Shown: positions 22,104 through 35,400 of the stretch, piece after piece
Numbering within the stretch: the stretch's first letter is position 1
How the letters are laid out: each line of letters opens with the position of its first letter
Assembly (NCBI GenBank): GCA_026770705.1
Contig: JANJGN010000021.1
Coordinates: 99,200,001-99,264,000 of the forward strand
Reading direction: 5' to 3'
Origin: Isurus oxyrinchus
Taxonomy: Eukaryota
DNA length: 64,000 nucleotides
Position numbers and translations under genes: made by a program
The notes under the pieces: generated by a model
The model's database searches: none
Seen by the model: only the letters and a program-made list of their open reading frames with translations
Told to the model about the DNA's origin: nothing

Positions 22104-25100
22104 TATCATGTTTTGATAATGATATAAAGGCAGCAATCACTCAAAACGGATTGGGTAAAGACATTGGGGCTCATTTCTGAAGAGTTAGACACAGGAGAGC
22201 AGATAGACGTGGACAGAAAACTTGAAGACATCAGAGCTCTGCTACATTCTACATATGAATTTAGAGACTGGTCCCTCGAGCCTGCTTTGCCATTCAATAA
22301 GATCATGGCTTATCTGAATGTAACCTCAACCCCACATTCCTGCCTACCCCCAGTGATCTTTCACCCCCTTGTTAATCAAGAATCTATTTAGCGCTGCCTT
22401 AAAATATACACAGACTCTCCTTCCATCGCCTTTTGAGGAAGAGAGTTCTGAAGACTCGCTGCCCTCTGAGAGAAAATATTCTCCTCATCTCTGTCTTAAA
22501 TGAGCGACTCCATCTGCTCATAGCCAAGAGTGAAGTTAAAACTGTGACACACTTTCAGGTGATTTAGAGCAACTACCCCTTTTCTTTTTAAAGAGACTTT
22601 TCCCCCTTCCAAAGAAGTTGAACTATTTACAATACATGTTCATGTCTCGTTACCATTACATAAGTGTATAGAGCAGATGTATCTATCAGTCTCTAAAGTG
22701 TAGAGGTAATCTGCTCATACCTCCTGATCTTGTCATGGTCACCTTGTCTGGAGGTGTCTTTAATTGATCTCAGTGATCTGTGGGATTGTCATTATTGGAT
22801 GTTGATCCTGTTTGGATTCGGGATCTTGTTTCAGGTACAAAAGGACTGTACGCTGGTTGAGGAGCTGGAGTTGATCTGATTTGTTGTTGATTATGCTTCA
22901 TCATTGTGCCTGTGTGTGTAATGACTTCATAGGAATTTGGTTCTGAACAAATCCTTGTCACCTCGTCTGGTTGCCATGTACCTTCTGTGGGATCCTGGAT
23001 GCAAATCTGTTGTCCCAGCTGTAAACTTGACAATTCTGTACCTGCTTTTCATCTTCTACGTTGGTAATCTTCTCTTGCAGTTTTAATAGTTCAGCTCCAG
23101 TTTTTGAGAGGGTAGAATGGGTAAGAGTAGGTAAATTGGTACACATCGATCAATCAAACATGAGCAAACATGAGGTGTGACTCTCAGATGCGATATTGCA
23201 ATGTGTAGACCTTGCTTGGTCTGTCTACATTTGAGAATGAAGGATTTGACTGTGCAAATCATTTGTTGAGCTGGGCCATTAGAGGTGAAGAAGTAGTGTG
23301 ATTGATATTCCACTTCTCCACACATCCTGAAATGGCTTAGCATTAAATTGCAGACCGTTATCCAGAATGATCTCTCTATTCATACCAAATAAACTGAAAA
23401 TGGCATTTAGTGTGTGTGCTACAGTTGTGCTTGATGTATTGTGCAATTGTTCAATAATTGTGAAGCAGTTGACAATAACGAAAAAGTTGATGCCATAAAC
23501 ATGAAAGAGGTCGGAGGTGATTTTGGGCCAAGGATGGGTAGGAGCTTCATGTGGAATCAATGGTTCTCTGTGCTGACCTGGCACATGCTCTTAACATGCC
23601 TTGTACTGCTTGATGATAGCTTCAATGTCATTGTTCATACTTGGCCAATAAACGGTCTCTCTTCTCATCTGATCTATGCCCATGTGTGAGCGAGTGATGA
23701 AATCTATATAGTCCATGAGATTGACAGTGAGAAAACCGTGTTACTGATCTTCATCTCATCCGGCACATTGTCATTCTCTGGTTGTTAATCAGCTCATGTA
23801 TATGTTTCTGACAGGATACCAGATGGTCATTCTTATTGCTTGAAGATGCATGTTGTGTCCGGTCTGTTTGGATCTGTGCACGGCTCTTCACAGCTGCATC
23901 AGCCTTTGCTCTAGTGCACCACTGCTGCCAATGGCCCTTTCTGCCGAATGCCTTGCAGAATTGCCGGAAAGTGGGCATTTCCTGGGTGTCTGGAGAAGAC
24001 CACAGCTTCCACATGTCTTGCTAGGTTTAGATGGTCTAGTGAGTGCATCAACAACTGGGGATGTACTTAGGACCTGTCAGCTTTATTAACCTGCGAGGAT
24101 CGGTTAAAACTCACATCCATCCTTGAGTAGATCTCCAATGCTAAATGTTTTGGGTTTGTCTAACAGATCTTTCTGGAAGGTTTTCATGGGAGTGGATGTA
24201 ATCACAAAATCAACAATTCTGTCTGACAGCTCTGTGTTTGAAAAATTACAGTGCGTACTCTTTTCTCTATACTGCTGACCAGGTGGGCCATGGATTCTGT
24301 AGACTGTTGTCGAAATGACATGAACTCTCGTCGATGAATACCGAAGTTTAACCTGATTCTGAACTTGTCTTCCAATATTGTCCATATCTCTTGGGGACTC
24401 TTTAACTCTTCTGCTGTCAATCCTGATGTGTTCAGCCTGTGTAGACCTTCATTCCCAATTGCTAGGTGATTTTTTTATAGCTGGCTTGTCTGGTTCAGAC
24501 ACATGAATCAAGAAACCATTGCTCTGTACACTGTTTAAACATGTTTAATTCAGGCAGTGGGTCAGCTGCATCCCAATTCAATCTGGGGAATTTTGCGGAT
24601 ATTTTGACAATAACCCTTTGACCTTCCTTCCCCTATTGTACCCAGGATGAGTGTCACTCTAGCCACATTGACACACTTAGAATCACAACCTTCTCTGGCT
24701 GGTCTTTATGACATGTTTGGATTTTTTTGGTTTGACTTCCCCCACTCGCTATCAGCCCAGCCCACCCCCTGGACACTCCCCTTTCCTGACGGAGTGAACC
24801 CAGCGCTGGTCCTCTCGACGCACTGACCCACTCACTGAACTGACAGGCTTTGCACTGCAATCTCACCATGAGGGATCGGTCTGTTTCCCAGCTCTTTATT
24901 TGAGCACTATCCTGGCACTGTGCCTTCAAAGCTTATCTGTGCAGTCAGCACACTTTCAACACTCTCCAACGCCTCGACTTTGTTGCTGTCTGACCCAAAC
25001 ACCAAGGGTCATCTCACGCCATGTGGTACAATCTAAACTGTTCATCATGTCATACCTTAATCTTGCTGCCAGGCTATTTGACCACCACTGAACACCATGT

Positions 25101-25337
25101 TGTGTTTTGATAATGATATAATGGAACCAATCACTCATAAGGCATTGGGTAAACAGGTTGTGGATTTATTTCTTAAGACTAGGCACATGAGAACAGAGAG
25201 ACATGGATAGAAAACGTGAAGACATCAGAGCTGTGCTACGTTCTGCTCGTAGCCAAAAGTAACACTAAAACTAGATCACATGACACACTTCCTTTTTAGT
25301 GATGTAAGTTACTATCACTTAAAAATATATTACAACA
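22104..25337 (-). mobile_element. Old internally deleted Ty3/Gypsy LTR retrotransposon in MHC intron 1
   Basis: 5' LTR 25098-25337 (TGTTG...CAACA) followed on the minus strand by a PBS-like TGGTGTTCAGTGG. Gag fragments at 24600-23900 (EIWTILEDKF...RREFMSFRQQSTES; knuckle remnant CKAFGRKGHWQQWC). Integrase fragments at 23600-23100 (PWPKITSDLF, EIILDNGLQF, SNG). Polypurine tract at ~22576-22590 and a degenerate 3' LTR at 22104-~22575. No PR/RT/RH seen. Confidence 0.82.
22250..22512 (-). mobile_element. Short LINE (CR1-type) 3'-end fragment inserted into the Gypsy 3' LTR
   Basis: Splits LTR sequence that is contiguous (TTCT|GCTC) in the 5' LTR at ~25241. The CATATG-type tail is repeated in the paralogous copy at 17038-17052. 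Family assignment is by recognition only. Confidence 0.6.
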
Positions 25338-25726
25338 AAGATGCTAAACAACAGACTAGCCCAGAGTTACTCTGATTTCGGGTTTACTCCCTGTTCTGAG
25401 AGGCTGCAGCTTCTAATTCTGACCCAGTTTAATCAGATTCTGTTTATAATATCAGACAGGATTCTGACATTGTGATAATGTGGTGGATTATTGGAGATTG
25501 TCCCTGTGTGGATGGGCCTCACTTTGATCAGGTGGCCGTGTGTGGAAATGTTTATTAACTTGTCCCTTTAATTGTTTAATTGATTTACAGACACTAACAC
25601 ATTTACAATGATTTTCACACCATCAGTGATGTTCTCGACCTTTCTGATCAGAGAGGCTCAGGTGAGATTATTCTGATGCTCATGTTGGTGTTTATTAAAG
25701 TGTCCCTTTAACTGTTTGCTTCACAG

Positions 25727-25987
25727 ACACGAACTCACTAACTGTGATATACACTGTAATCTCTGGCATTGAAGATTTTCCTGAGATTACAAATGCTGCG
25801 ATGGTCAATGGAGTCCAAATCGGTCATTATGACAGTGATGTCCGTCGGTGCATCCCCAGGCAGCAGTTCATGGCTGAATATTTCAATGTGAAACACTGGG
25901 ACTATGTCTCAAATCTGATAAACTCACATTCACACCTGGCAAAGGAGAATCTGAATGAAATACTGAAGATGACAAACCAGACATCCG
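25727..25987 (+). CDS. MHC class I-like gene, exon 2 (alpha-1 domain), non-classical
   Basis: Acceptor ttcacag| and donor G|GTAAG flank a 261-bp open phase-1/1 exon: (D)TNSLTVIYTVISGIEDFPEITNAAMVNGVQIGHYDS...HWDY...KMTNQTS. It keeps the class I FPE, YDS, W60 and N86 (NQT) glycosylation landmarks. Confidence 0.9.
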
Positions 25988-28900
25988 GTAAGATCACAAT
26001 GTAAAAACTTGTTGTTGATTGACCCCATTATACCCAGTGCCACTCCACTCAGCCCAACCCCCAGCTCTGATCCCAGCCTCACTCCAATCAGTCCATCTGC
26101 CACTGCTGACCCATGGGCCACTCCACGCAGCCCATCTGCCAGGTCTGACCCCTGCCTCACTCCAATCAGTCCGTCTGCCAGTGCTGACCCCTGGGTCGCT
26201 CCACTCAGCCCATCCCCCAGCTCTGACACTGCCTCACTCCAATCAGTCCGTCTGCCAGTCTGCCAGTGCTGACCCATGGGTCACTCCACTCAGTCCATCT
26301 CCCAACACAGACTCCTGGGTCACTCCACTCAGTCCATCTCCCAACATTGACCTGTGGGTCACTCCACTCAGCCTGCCTCCTGGCACATATGCTTGGGTCA
26401 CTCCACTCAGACCATCGCCTAGTAATGACCCCTGAGTCACTCACTCAGTCCATCTCCCAGCACTGATGCCTGGGTTACTCCAGTCAGCCCATTTCCCAGC
26501 ACTGACCCCTGGGTAATTCCACTCAGTCCATTTCTCAGCACAGACCCCTGGGTCACTCCACTCAGTCCATCTCCCAGCACAGACTCCTGGGTCACTCCAC
26601 TCCGTCCATCTCCCAACATTGACCTGTGGGTCACTCCATTCAGCCCACCTCCCAGCACTGACCCCTGGGTCACTCCACTCAGACCACCTCCCAGTAATGA
26701 CCCCTGAGTCATTCCACTCAGCCCATCTCCCAGCACTGACCCCTGGGTCACTCGGCTCAGTCCATTTCTCAACACTGACCCCTGGGTCACTCCACTCAGA
26801 CCATCTCCCAGTAATGACCCCTGAGTCACTCCACTCAGCCCATCTCCCAACACTGACCCCTGGGACACTCCGCTCAATCCATCACCCAGCACTGACCCTT
26901 GCGTAATTCCACTCAGTCCATTTCTCAGCACTGACCCCTGGATCGCTCCATTCAGACCAACTCCCAATATCTGAACCCAGTGTGAACCACTCAGTACATC
27001 TCCCAGCCCTGACCTCTAGGTCACTCTACTCAGCCCATCTCTCAGCACTGACCCCAGGGTCACTCCACTCAGCCCATCGTCCAGCAGTAACTCCTGAGTC
27101 ACTCCACTCAGCCCATCTCCCAGCACTGACCTCATGGTCACTCCATTCAGCCAATCTCCCAGCAATGACCACTCAGTCACTCCACTTCATCCATCACACA
27201 GCACTGACCCCTGGGTCACTTCACTCAGCCCATCTCCCAGCACTGACTCCTGGTTTGCTCCACTCAGTCCATCTCCCAGCACTGACCCCTGGCTCACGTG
27301 ACTCAGTCCCATCTCCCAGCACTGACCCCTGGGTCACTCCACTCAGACCATTTCTCAGCACTGAGCCCTGGATAACTCCACTCAGCCCATCTCCCAGCAC
27401 TGACCCCTGGGTCACTCTGCTCAGTCCATTCCTCAGCACTAACCCCTGGGTCACTCCACTCTGACCATTCCCAAGCACTGTTGCCTGGGTCGCTCGATTC
27501 AGCCCAACTCCCAACATCTGACCCCAGGGTGAACATCTCAGTCCATCTCTCAACATTAACCCTCAGTGACTCCGCTCAGTCCATGTCTCAGCACTGACCA
27601 CTGGGTCACTCCGCTCAGTCCATCTCCCAGTGCTGAACCCAGGGTCACTCCACACAGTCCATTTCCCTGCACTGACGCCTGGGTCACTCCACTCAGTCCA
27701 TCTCCCAGCGCTGACACCTGGGTCACTCCACTCAGTCTATTTCTCAGCACCGACCCCTGGGTAACTCCATTCAGTCCATCTCCAAGCACTGACCCCTGGG
27801 TCACTCCACTCAGTTCATTTCCAAGCACTGACCCCTGGGTCACTGTATTCAGTCCAACTCCCAACATCTGACCCCAGCGTGAATCTCTCAGTCCATCCAC
27901 CAACACTGACCTCGAGGTCACTCCACTCAGTCCATCGCCCAGCACTAACCCCTGGGTCACTCTGCTCAGTCCAGCTCTCAGCACTGACCCCTGGGTCACT
28001 ACACTCAGCCCATCGCTAGCACTAACCCTTGGGTCACTCCACTCAGCCGATCTCCCAGCACTGACCCCATGGTTACTCCATTCGGCCAACTCCCAGCACT
28101 GACCTCTCGGTCACTCCACTCAGTCAATTTCCTAGCGCTGACGCCTGGGTCACTCCATTCAGCCCATCTCCCAGCTCTGACCGCTGGGTCACTGCGCTCA
28201 GTCCATCTCTCAGCACTGAGTACTGGGTCACTGCGCTCAGTCCATCTCTCAACATTAACCCTTGGTGACTCCGCTCAGTTCATGTCTCAGCAATAACCCC
28301 TGGGTCACTCCACTCAGCCCATCGTCCAGCACTGACCACTGAGTCACTCCACTCAGTCCATGTCCCAGCACTGACCCCTGGGTCACTCCACTCAGTCCAT
28401 TTCCCAGCACTGATGCCTGGGTCACTCCACTCAGTCCATCTCCCAGCACTGACCCCTGGGTCACTCCATTCTGCACAACTCCCAACAGCTGATCCCAGCG
28501 TGAACCTCTCAGTCCATCTCCCAACAATGACCTCTAGTCACTCCACTCAGTCCATCACCCAGCACTGACCCCTGTGTCACTCCACTCAGTCCATCTCCCA
28601 GCTCTAACCCCTGGGTCGCTCTATTCAGCCCAACTCCCAATATCTGACCCCAGCGTGAAACTCTCAGTCCATCTCCCTACACTAACCTCTAGTCACTCCA
28701 CTCAGTCCATCTCTCAGCACTGACCTCTGACTGACTCCACTGAGTCCATCTCTCAGCACTGACCCCTGGGTCATTCCACTCAGTCCATTTCCCAGCACTG
28801 ACCCCTGGATCACTGCGCTGAGTCCATCTCTCAACATTAACCCACTGTGACTCCGCACTAGTCCATGTCTCAGCACTGACCGCTGGGTCACTCTACTCAG

Positions 28901-29499
28901 CCCATCGCTCAGCACTGACCCCTGGGTCACTCCACTCAGTCCATGTCTCAGCACTGACCCCTGGGTCACTCCACTCAGCGCATCTCACAGCACTGACCCC
29001 TGGCTCACGTGACTCAGTCCATCTCCCAGCACTGACGACTCAGTCCATCTCCCAGCACTGACCGCTGGGTCACTCGGCTCAGTCCATTTCTCAGCACTGA
29101 CCCCTGGGTAACTCCACTCAGTCCATCTCCAAGCACTGACCCCTGGGTCACTCCACTCAGTCCATTTCCAAGCACTGACCCCTGGGTCGCTGCATTCAGC
29201 CCAACTCCCAACATCTTATCCCAGCGTGAAGCTCTCAGTCCATCTCCCAACACTAACCTCCAGATCACTCCATTCAGTCAATCTCCTGGCACTGACCACT
29301 GGGTTGCTCCACTCAGTCGATCTCCCAGCACTGTCCCCTGGCTCACGCCACTCAGTTCATCTCCCAGCACTGTCCCCTGGCTCACGCCACTCAGTTCATC
29401 TCCCAGCACTGACCCCTGGGTCACTCCACTCAGTCAATTTCCTAGCGTTGACCCCTGGGTCACTCCACTCAGCCCATCGCCCAGCACTAACCCCTGGGT

Positions 29500-32400
29500 C
29501 ACTCCAGTCAGTCCATCTCCCAGCACTGACCACTGGGTCACTCGGCTCAGTCCATTTCTCAGCACTGACCCCTGGGTAACTCCACTCAGTCGATCTCCCA
29601 GCACTGTCCCCTGGCTCACGCCACTCAGTTCATCTCCCAGCACTGTCCCCTGGCTCACGCCACTCAGTTCATCTCCCAGCACTGACCCCTGGGTCACTCC
29701 ACTCAGTCAATTTCCTAGTGCTGACCCCTGGGTCACTCCACTCAGCCCATCGCCCAGCACTAACCCCTGGGTCACTCCACTCAGTCCATCTCCCAGCACT
29801 GACCCCTGGGTCACTTCACTCAGTTCATCTACCAACACTGACCTCGAGGTCACTCCACTCAGTCCATCTCCCAGCACTGACCCCTGGGTCACTCCACTCA
29901 GTCCATTTCCCAGCACTGACACCTGGGTCACTCCACTCAGTCCATTTCCCAGCACTGACACCTGGGTCGCTGCATTCAGCCCAACTCCCAACATCTGATC
30001 CCAGCGTGAACCTCTCAGTCCATCTCCCAGCACTGACCCCTGGGTCACTCCACTCAGTCCATCTCCCAGCACTGACCCCTGGGTCACTCCACTCAGTCCA
30101 TCTCCCAGCACTGACCCCTGGGTCACTCCACTCAGTCCATCTCCCAGCACTGATCGCTGGGTCGCTCCATCCAGCCGAACTCCCAACATCTCATCCCAGC
30201 GTGAACCACTCAGTCCATCTCCCAACACTGACCTCTAGGTCACTCCACTCAGTCCATCCCACAGCACTGACCACTGGGTCACTTCACTCAGTCCATCTAC
30301 CAACACTGACCTCGAGGTCACTCCACTCAGTCCATCTCCAAGCACTGACCCCTGGGTCACTGCGCTGAGTCCATCTCTCAACATTAATCCACTGTGTCTC
30401 CGCACGAGTCCATGTCTCAGCACTGACCGCTGGGTCACTCTACTCAGCCCATCACCCAGCACTGACCCCTGGGTCCCTCTGCTCAGTCCAGCTCTCAGCA
30501 TTGACCCCTGGGTCACTCCACTCAGTCCATGTCTCAGCACTGACCCCTGGGTCACTCCACTCAGCGCATCTCCCAGCACTGACCCCTGGCTCACGTGACT
30601 CAGTCCATCTCCCAGCACTGACCACTGGGTCACTCGGCTCAGTCCATTTCTCAGCACCGACCCCTGGGTAACTCCACTCAGTCCATCTCCAAGCACTGAC
30701 GCCTGGGTCACTCCACTCAGTCCATTACCAAGCACTGACCCCTGGGTCACTGCATTCAGCCCAACTCCCAACATCTGAACCCCGCGTGAACCTCTCAGTC
30801 CATCTACCAACACTGACCTCGAGGTCACTCCACTCAGCCCATCGCCCAGCAAGAACCCTCGGTCACTCCACTCAGTCTATCACACAGCACGGACCCCTGG
30901 GTCACTCCACTTTGCCCATCAATGACGCCTGGGTCACTCCACTCAGTCCATCTCCCAGCACTGACCACTGGGTCGCTCCACTCAGTTCATCTCTCAGCAC
31001 TGACCCCTGGGTCACTCCACTCACTCCATCTCCCAGCAGTGACCACTGGGTCACTCCACTCAGTCCATCACCCAGCAATGATGCCTGGGTCACTCCACTC
31101 AGTCCATCTCCCAGCACTGACCACTGGGTCGCTCCACTCAGTCCATCTCTCAGCACTGACCCCTGGGTCACTCCACTCAGTCCATCTCCCAACACTGACC
31201 CCTGGATCACTCCACTCAGCGCACCTCACAGCACTGACCCCTGGGTCACTCCACTCAGTCCTGCTCTCAGCTCTGACCCCTGGGTCACTCCACTCAGCCC
31301 ATCGCCCAGCACTAACCCCTGGATTACTCCACTCAGCCGAACCCGCAGCACTGAACCCTTGGTCACTCTACTCAGTCCATCACACAGCACGGACCCCTGG
31401 GTCACTTCACTCTGCCCATCACCCAGCAATGACGCCTGGGTCACTTCACTCAGTCCATCTCCCAGCACTGATCCCTGGGTCGCTCCATCCAGCCGAACTC
31501 CCAACATCTGAACCCAGCGTGAACCTCTCAGTCCATCTACCAACACTGACCTCGAGGTCACTCCACTCAGCCCATCGCCCAGCAAGAACCCTCGGTCACT
31601 CCACTCAGTCTATCACACGGCACGGACCCCTGGGTCACTGCACTCTGCCCATCAATGACGCCTGGGTCACTCCACTCAGTCCATCTCCCAGCACTGACCA
31701 CTGGGTCGCTCCACTCAGTCCATCTGTCAGCACTAACCCCTGTGTCTCTCCACTCAGTCCATCTCCCAGCACTGACCCCTGGGTCACTCCACTCAGCGCT
31801 TCTCACAGCACTGACCCCTGGGTCACTCCACTCAGTCCATCTACCAGCTCTGACCCCTGGGTCACTCCACTCAGTCCATCTCCCAGCACTAACCTCTGGG
31901 TCACTCTGCTCAGCGCATCTCACAGCACTGACCCCTGGGAACACTGCGCTCAGTCCATCTGCCAGCACTGACACCTGGGTCACTCCACGCAGTCCGTCTC
32001 CCAGCACTGACCCCTGAGTCACTCCACTAAGTCGATTTCCCAGCACTGACCCTTGGATTACTGCACTCATTCCATCTCCCAGCACTGTCCCTGGGTCACT
32101 CTGCTCAGTCTGTCGCTCAGGACTGACCTCCGGGTCACTCCACTCAAAGCACGCCCCAGCACTGACCTCTGGGTCACTGCGTTCAGTCCATCTCTCAGCA
32201 CTGACCCCTGTGTAACGCCACTCAGTCCATTTCCCAGCACTGACGACTGGGTCACTCCACTCAGCCCATCTCCTGCAATGACCCCTTGGCTACTCCACTC
32301 AGCCCATCTCCCGCTACTGACCTCTGTGTCGCTCCACTCAGTCAATCTAACAGCATTGACCCCTAGGTTACTCCACTCAGTCCAGCACCCATTACTGACC

Positions 32401-35400
32401 CCTGGGTCACAGCGCTCAGTCCATCTCTCAGCATTAACCCTGGGTGACTCCACTCAGTCCATCTCTCAGAACTGACCCCTGGAATAACCCGCCCAGTCCA
32501 CCTCTCAGCAGTGAGCCCTGGGTCACTCACCTCCAGTACTGACCCCTGGGTCACTCCACTCAGTGCATCTTGCAGAACTGACCACTGGGTCACTCTGCTC
32601 AGTCCATCTCTCAGCACTGACTTGTGTATCACTCTGCTCAGTCCATCTCCCAACACTGACCCCTAGGTGACTCCGCTCAGTCCATCTCCCAGCACTGACC
32701 ACTGGGTCACTCCGCTCAGTCCATCTCCCAGCACTGACCACTGGGTCACTGCGCTCAGTCCATCTCCCAGCACTGACCACTGGGTCACTGCGCTCAGCCC
32801 ATCTCCCAGCACTGACCCCTGGGTCACTGTGCTCAGTCCATCTCCCAGCACTGACCACTGGGTCAATCCACTCAGCCCATCTCCCTGCACAGACCGCTGG
32901 GTCACTGTGCTCAGCCCATCTCCCAACACTGACCCCTGTGTCGCTCCATTCAGCCCAACTCCAAACATCTGATCCCAGCGTGAACCTCTCAGTCCATCTG
33001 CGTTCAGTCCATCTCTCAGCACTGACCCCTGAGTCGCTTCACTCAGCCCATCTCCCAACACTGAAACCTGGGACACTCCACTCAGTCCATCACCCAGCAC
33101 TGACCCCTGGGTAATTCCACTCAGTCCATTTCTCAGCACTGACCCCTGGGTCACTCCACTCAGTCCATCTCCCAGCACAGACCCCTGCCACTCTTCAATC
33201 AGTCTGTCTGCCACTGCTGACACATGGGTCACTCCACTCAGTCCATCTCCCAGCACAGACTCTTGGGTCACTCCGCTCAGTCCATCTCCCAACATTGACC
33301 TGTGGGTCACTCTATTCAGTCCATCTCCCAGCACTGACCACTGGGTCATTCCGCTCAGTCCATCTCCCAGCACTGACCACTGGGTCACTGCGCTTAGCCC
33401 ATCTCCCAGCACTGACTCCTGGGTCACTGCACTCAGTCCATCTCCCAGCACTGACCACTGGGTCAATCCACTCAGCCCATCTCCCAGCACAGACCGCTGG
33501 GTCACTCCGCTCAGCCCATCTCCCAGCACTGACCACTGGGTGAATCCACTCAGCCCATCTCCCAGCACAGACCCCTGGGTCACTGCGCTCAGTCCATCTC
33601 CCAGCACTGACCACTGGATCAATCCACTCAGCCCATCTCCCAGCACAGACCGTTGGGTCACTGTGCTCAGTCCATCTCCCAGCACTGACTCCTGGGTCGC
33701 TCCATTCAGCCCAACTGCCAACATCTGATCCCAGCGTGAACCTCTCAGTCTATCTCCCAACACTAACCTCCAGGTCACTCCTCTCAGTCCATTTCCAAGC
33801 ACTAACCCCGGGACACTCCGCTCAGTCCATCTCTCAGCACTGACCCGTGGTTCACTCCACTCAGCCCATCACCCAGCAATGACACCTGGGTCACTCCACT
33901 CAGTCAATCTCCCAGCACTGACCCCTGGGTCACTCCACTCAGTTCATCTCCCAGCACTGACCCCTGGGTCACTCCACTCAGTCAATTTCCTAGCGTTGAC
34001 CCCTGGGTCACTCCACTCAGCCCATCGCCCAGCACTAACCCCTGGGTGACTCCAGTCAGTCCATCTCCCAGCACTGACCACTGGGTCACTCGGCTCAGTC
34101 CATTTCTCAGCACTGACCCCTGGGTAACTCCACTCAGTCGATCTCCCAGCACTGTCCCCTGGCTCACGCCACTCAGTTCATCTCCCAGCACTGTCCCCTG
34201 GCTCACGCCACTCAGTTCATCTCCCAGCACTGTCCCCTGGCTCACGCCACTCAGTTCATCTCCCAGCACTGACCCCTGGGTCACTCCACTCAGTCAATTT
34301 CCTAGCGCTGACCCCTGGGTCACTCCACTCAGCCCATCGCCCAGCACTAACCCCTGGGTCACTCCACTCAGTCCATCTCCCAGCACTGACCCCTGGGTCA
34401 CTTCACTCAGTTCATCTACCAACACTGACCTCGAGGTCACTCCACTCAGTCCATCTCCCAGCACTGACCCCTGGGTCACTCCACTCAGTCCATTTCCCAG
34501 CACTGACACCTGGGTCACTCCACTCAGTCCATTTCCCAGCACTGACACCTGGGTCGCTGCATTCAGCCCAACTCCCAACATCTGATCCCAGCGTGAACCT
34601 CTCAGTCCATCTCCCAGCACTGACCCCTGGGTCACTCCACTCAGTCCATCTCCCAGCACTGACCCCTGGGTCACTCCACTCAGTCCATCTCCCAGCACTG
34701 ACCCCTGGGTCACTCCACTCAGTCCATCTCCCAGCACTGATCGCTGGGTCGCTCCATCCAGCCGAACTCCCAACATCTCATCCCAGCGTGAACCACTCAG
34801 TCCATCTCCCAACACTGACCTCTAGGTCACTCCACTCAGTCCATCCCACATCACTGACCACTGGGTCACTTCACTCAGTCCATCTACCAACACTGACCTC
34901 GAGGTCACTCCACTCAGTCCATCTCCAAGCACTGACCCCTGGGTCACTGCGCTGAGTCCATCTCTCAACATTAATCCACTGTGTCTCCGCACGAGTCCAT
35001 GTCTCAGCACTGACCGCTGGGTCACTCTACTCAGCCCATCACCCAGCACTGACCCCTGGGTCCCTCTGCTCAGTCCAGCTCTCAGCATTGACCCCTGGGT
35101 CACTCCACTCAGTCCATGTCTCAGCACTGACCCCTGGGTCACTCCACTCAGCGCATCTCCCAGCACTGACCCCTGGCTCACGTGACTCAGTCCATCTCCC
35201 AGCACTGACCACTGGGTCACTCGGCTCAGTCCATTTCTCAGCACCGACCCCTGGGTAACTCCACTCAGTCCATCTCCAAGCACTGACGCCTGGGTCACTC
35301 CACTCAGTCCATTACCAAGCACTGACCCCTGGGTCACTGCATTCAGCCCAACTCCCAACATCTGAACCCCGCGTGAACCTCTCAGTCCATCTACCAACAC

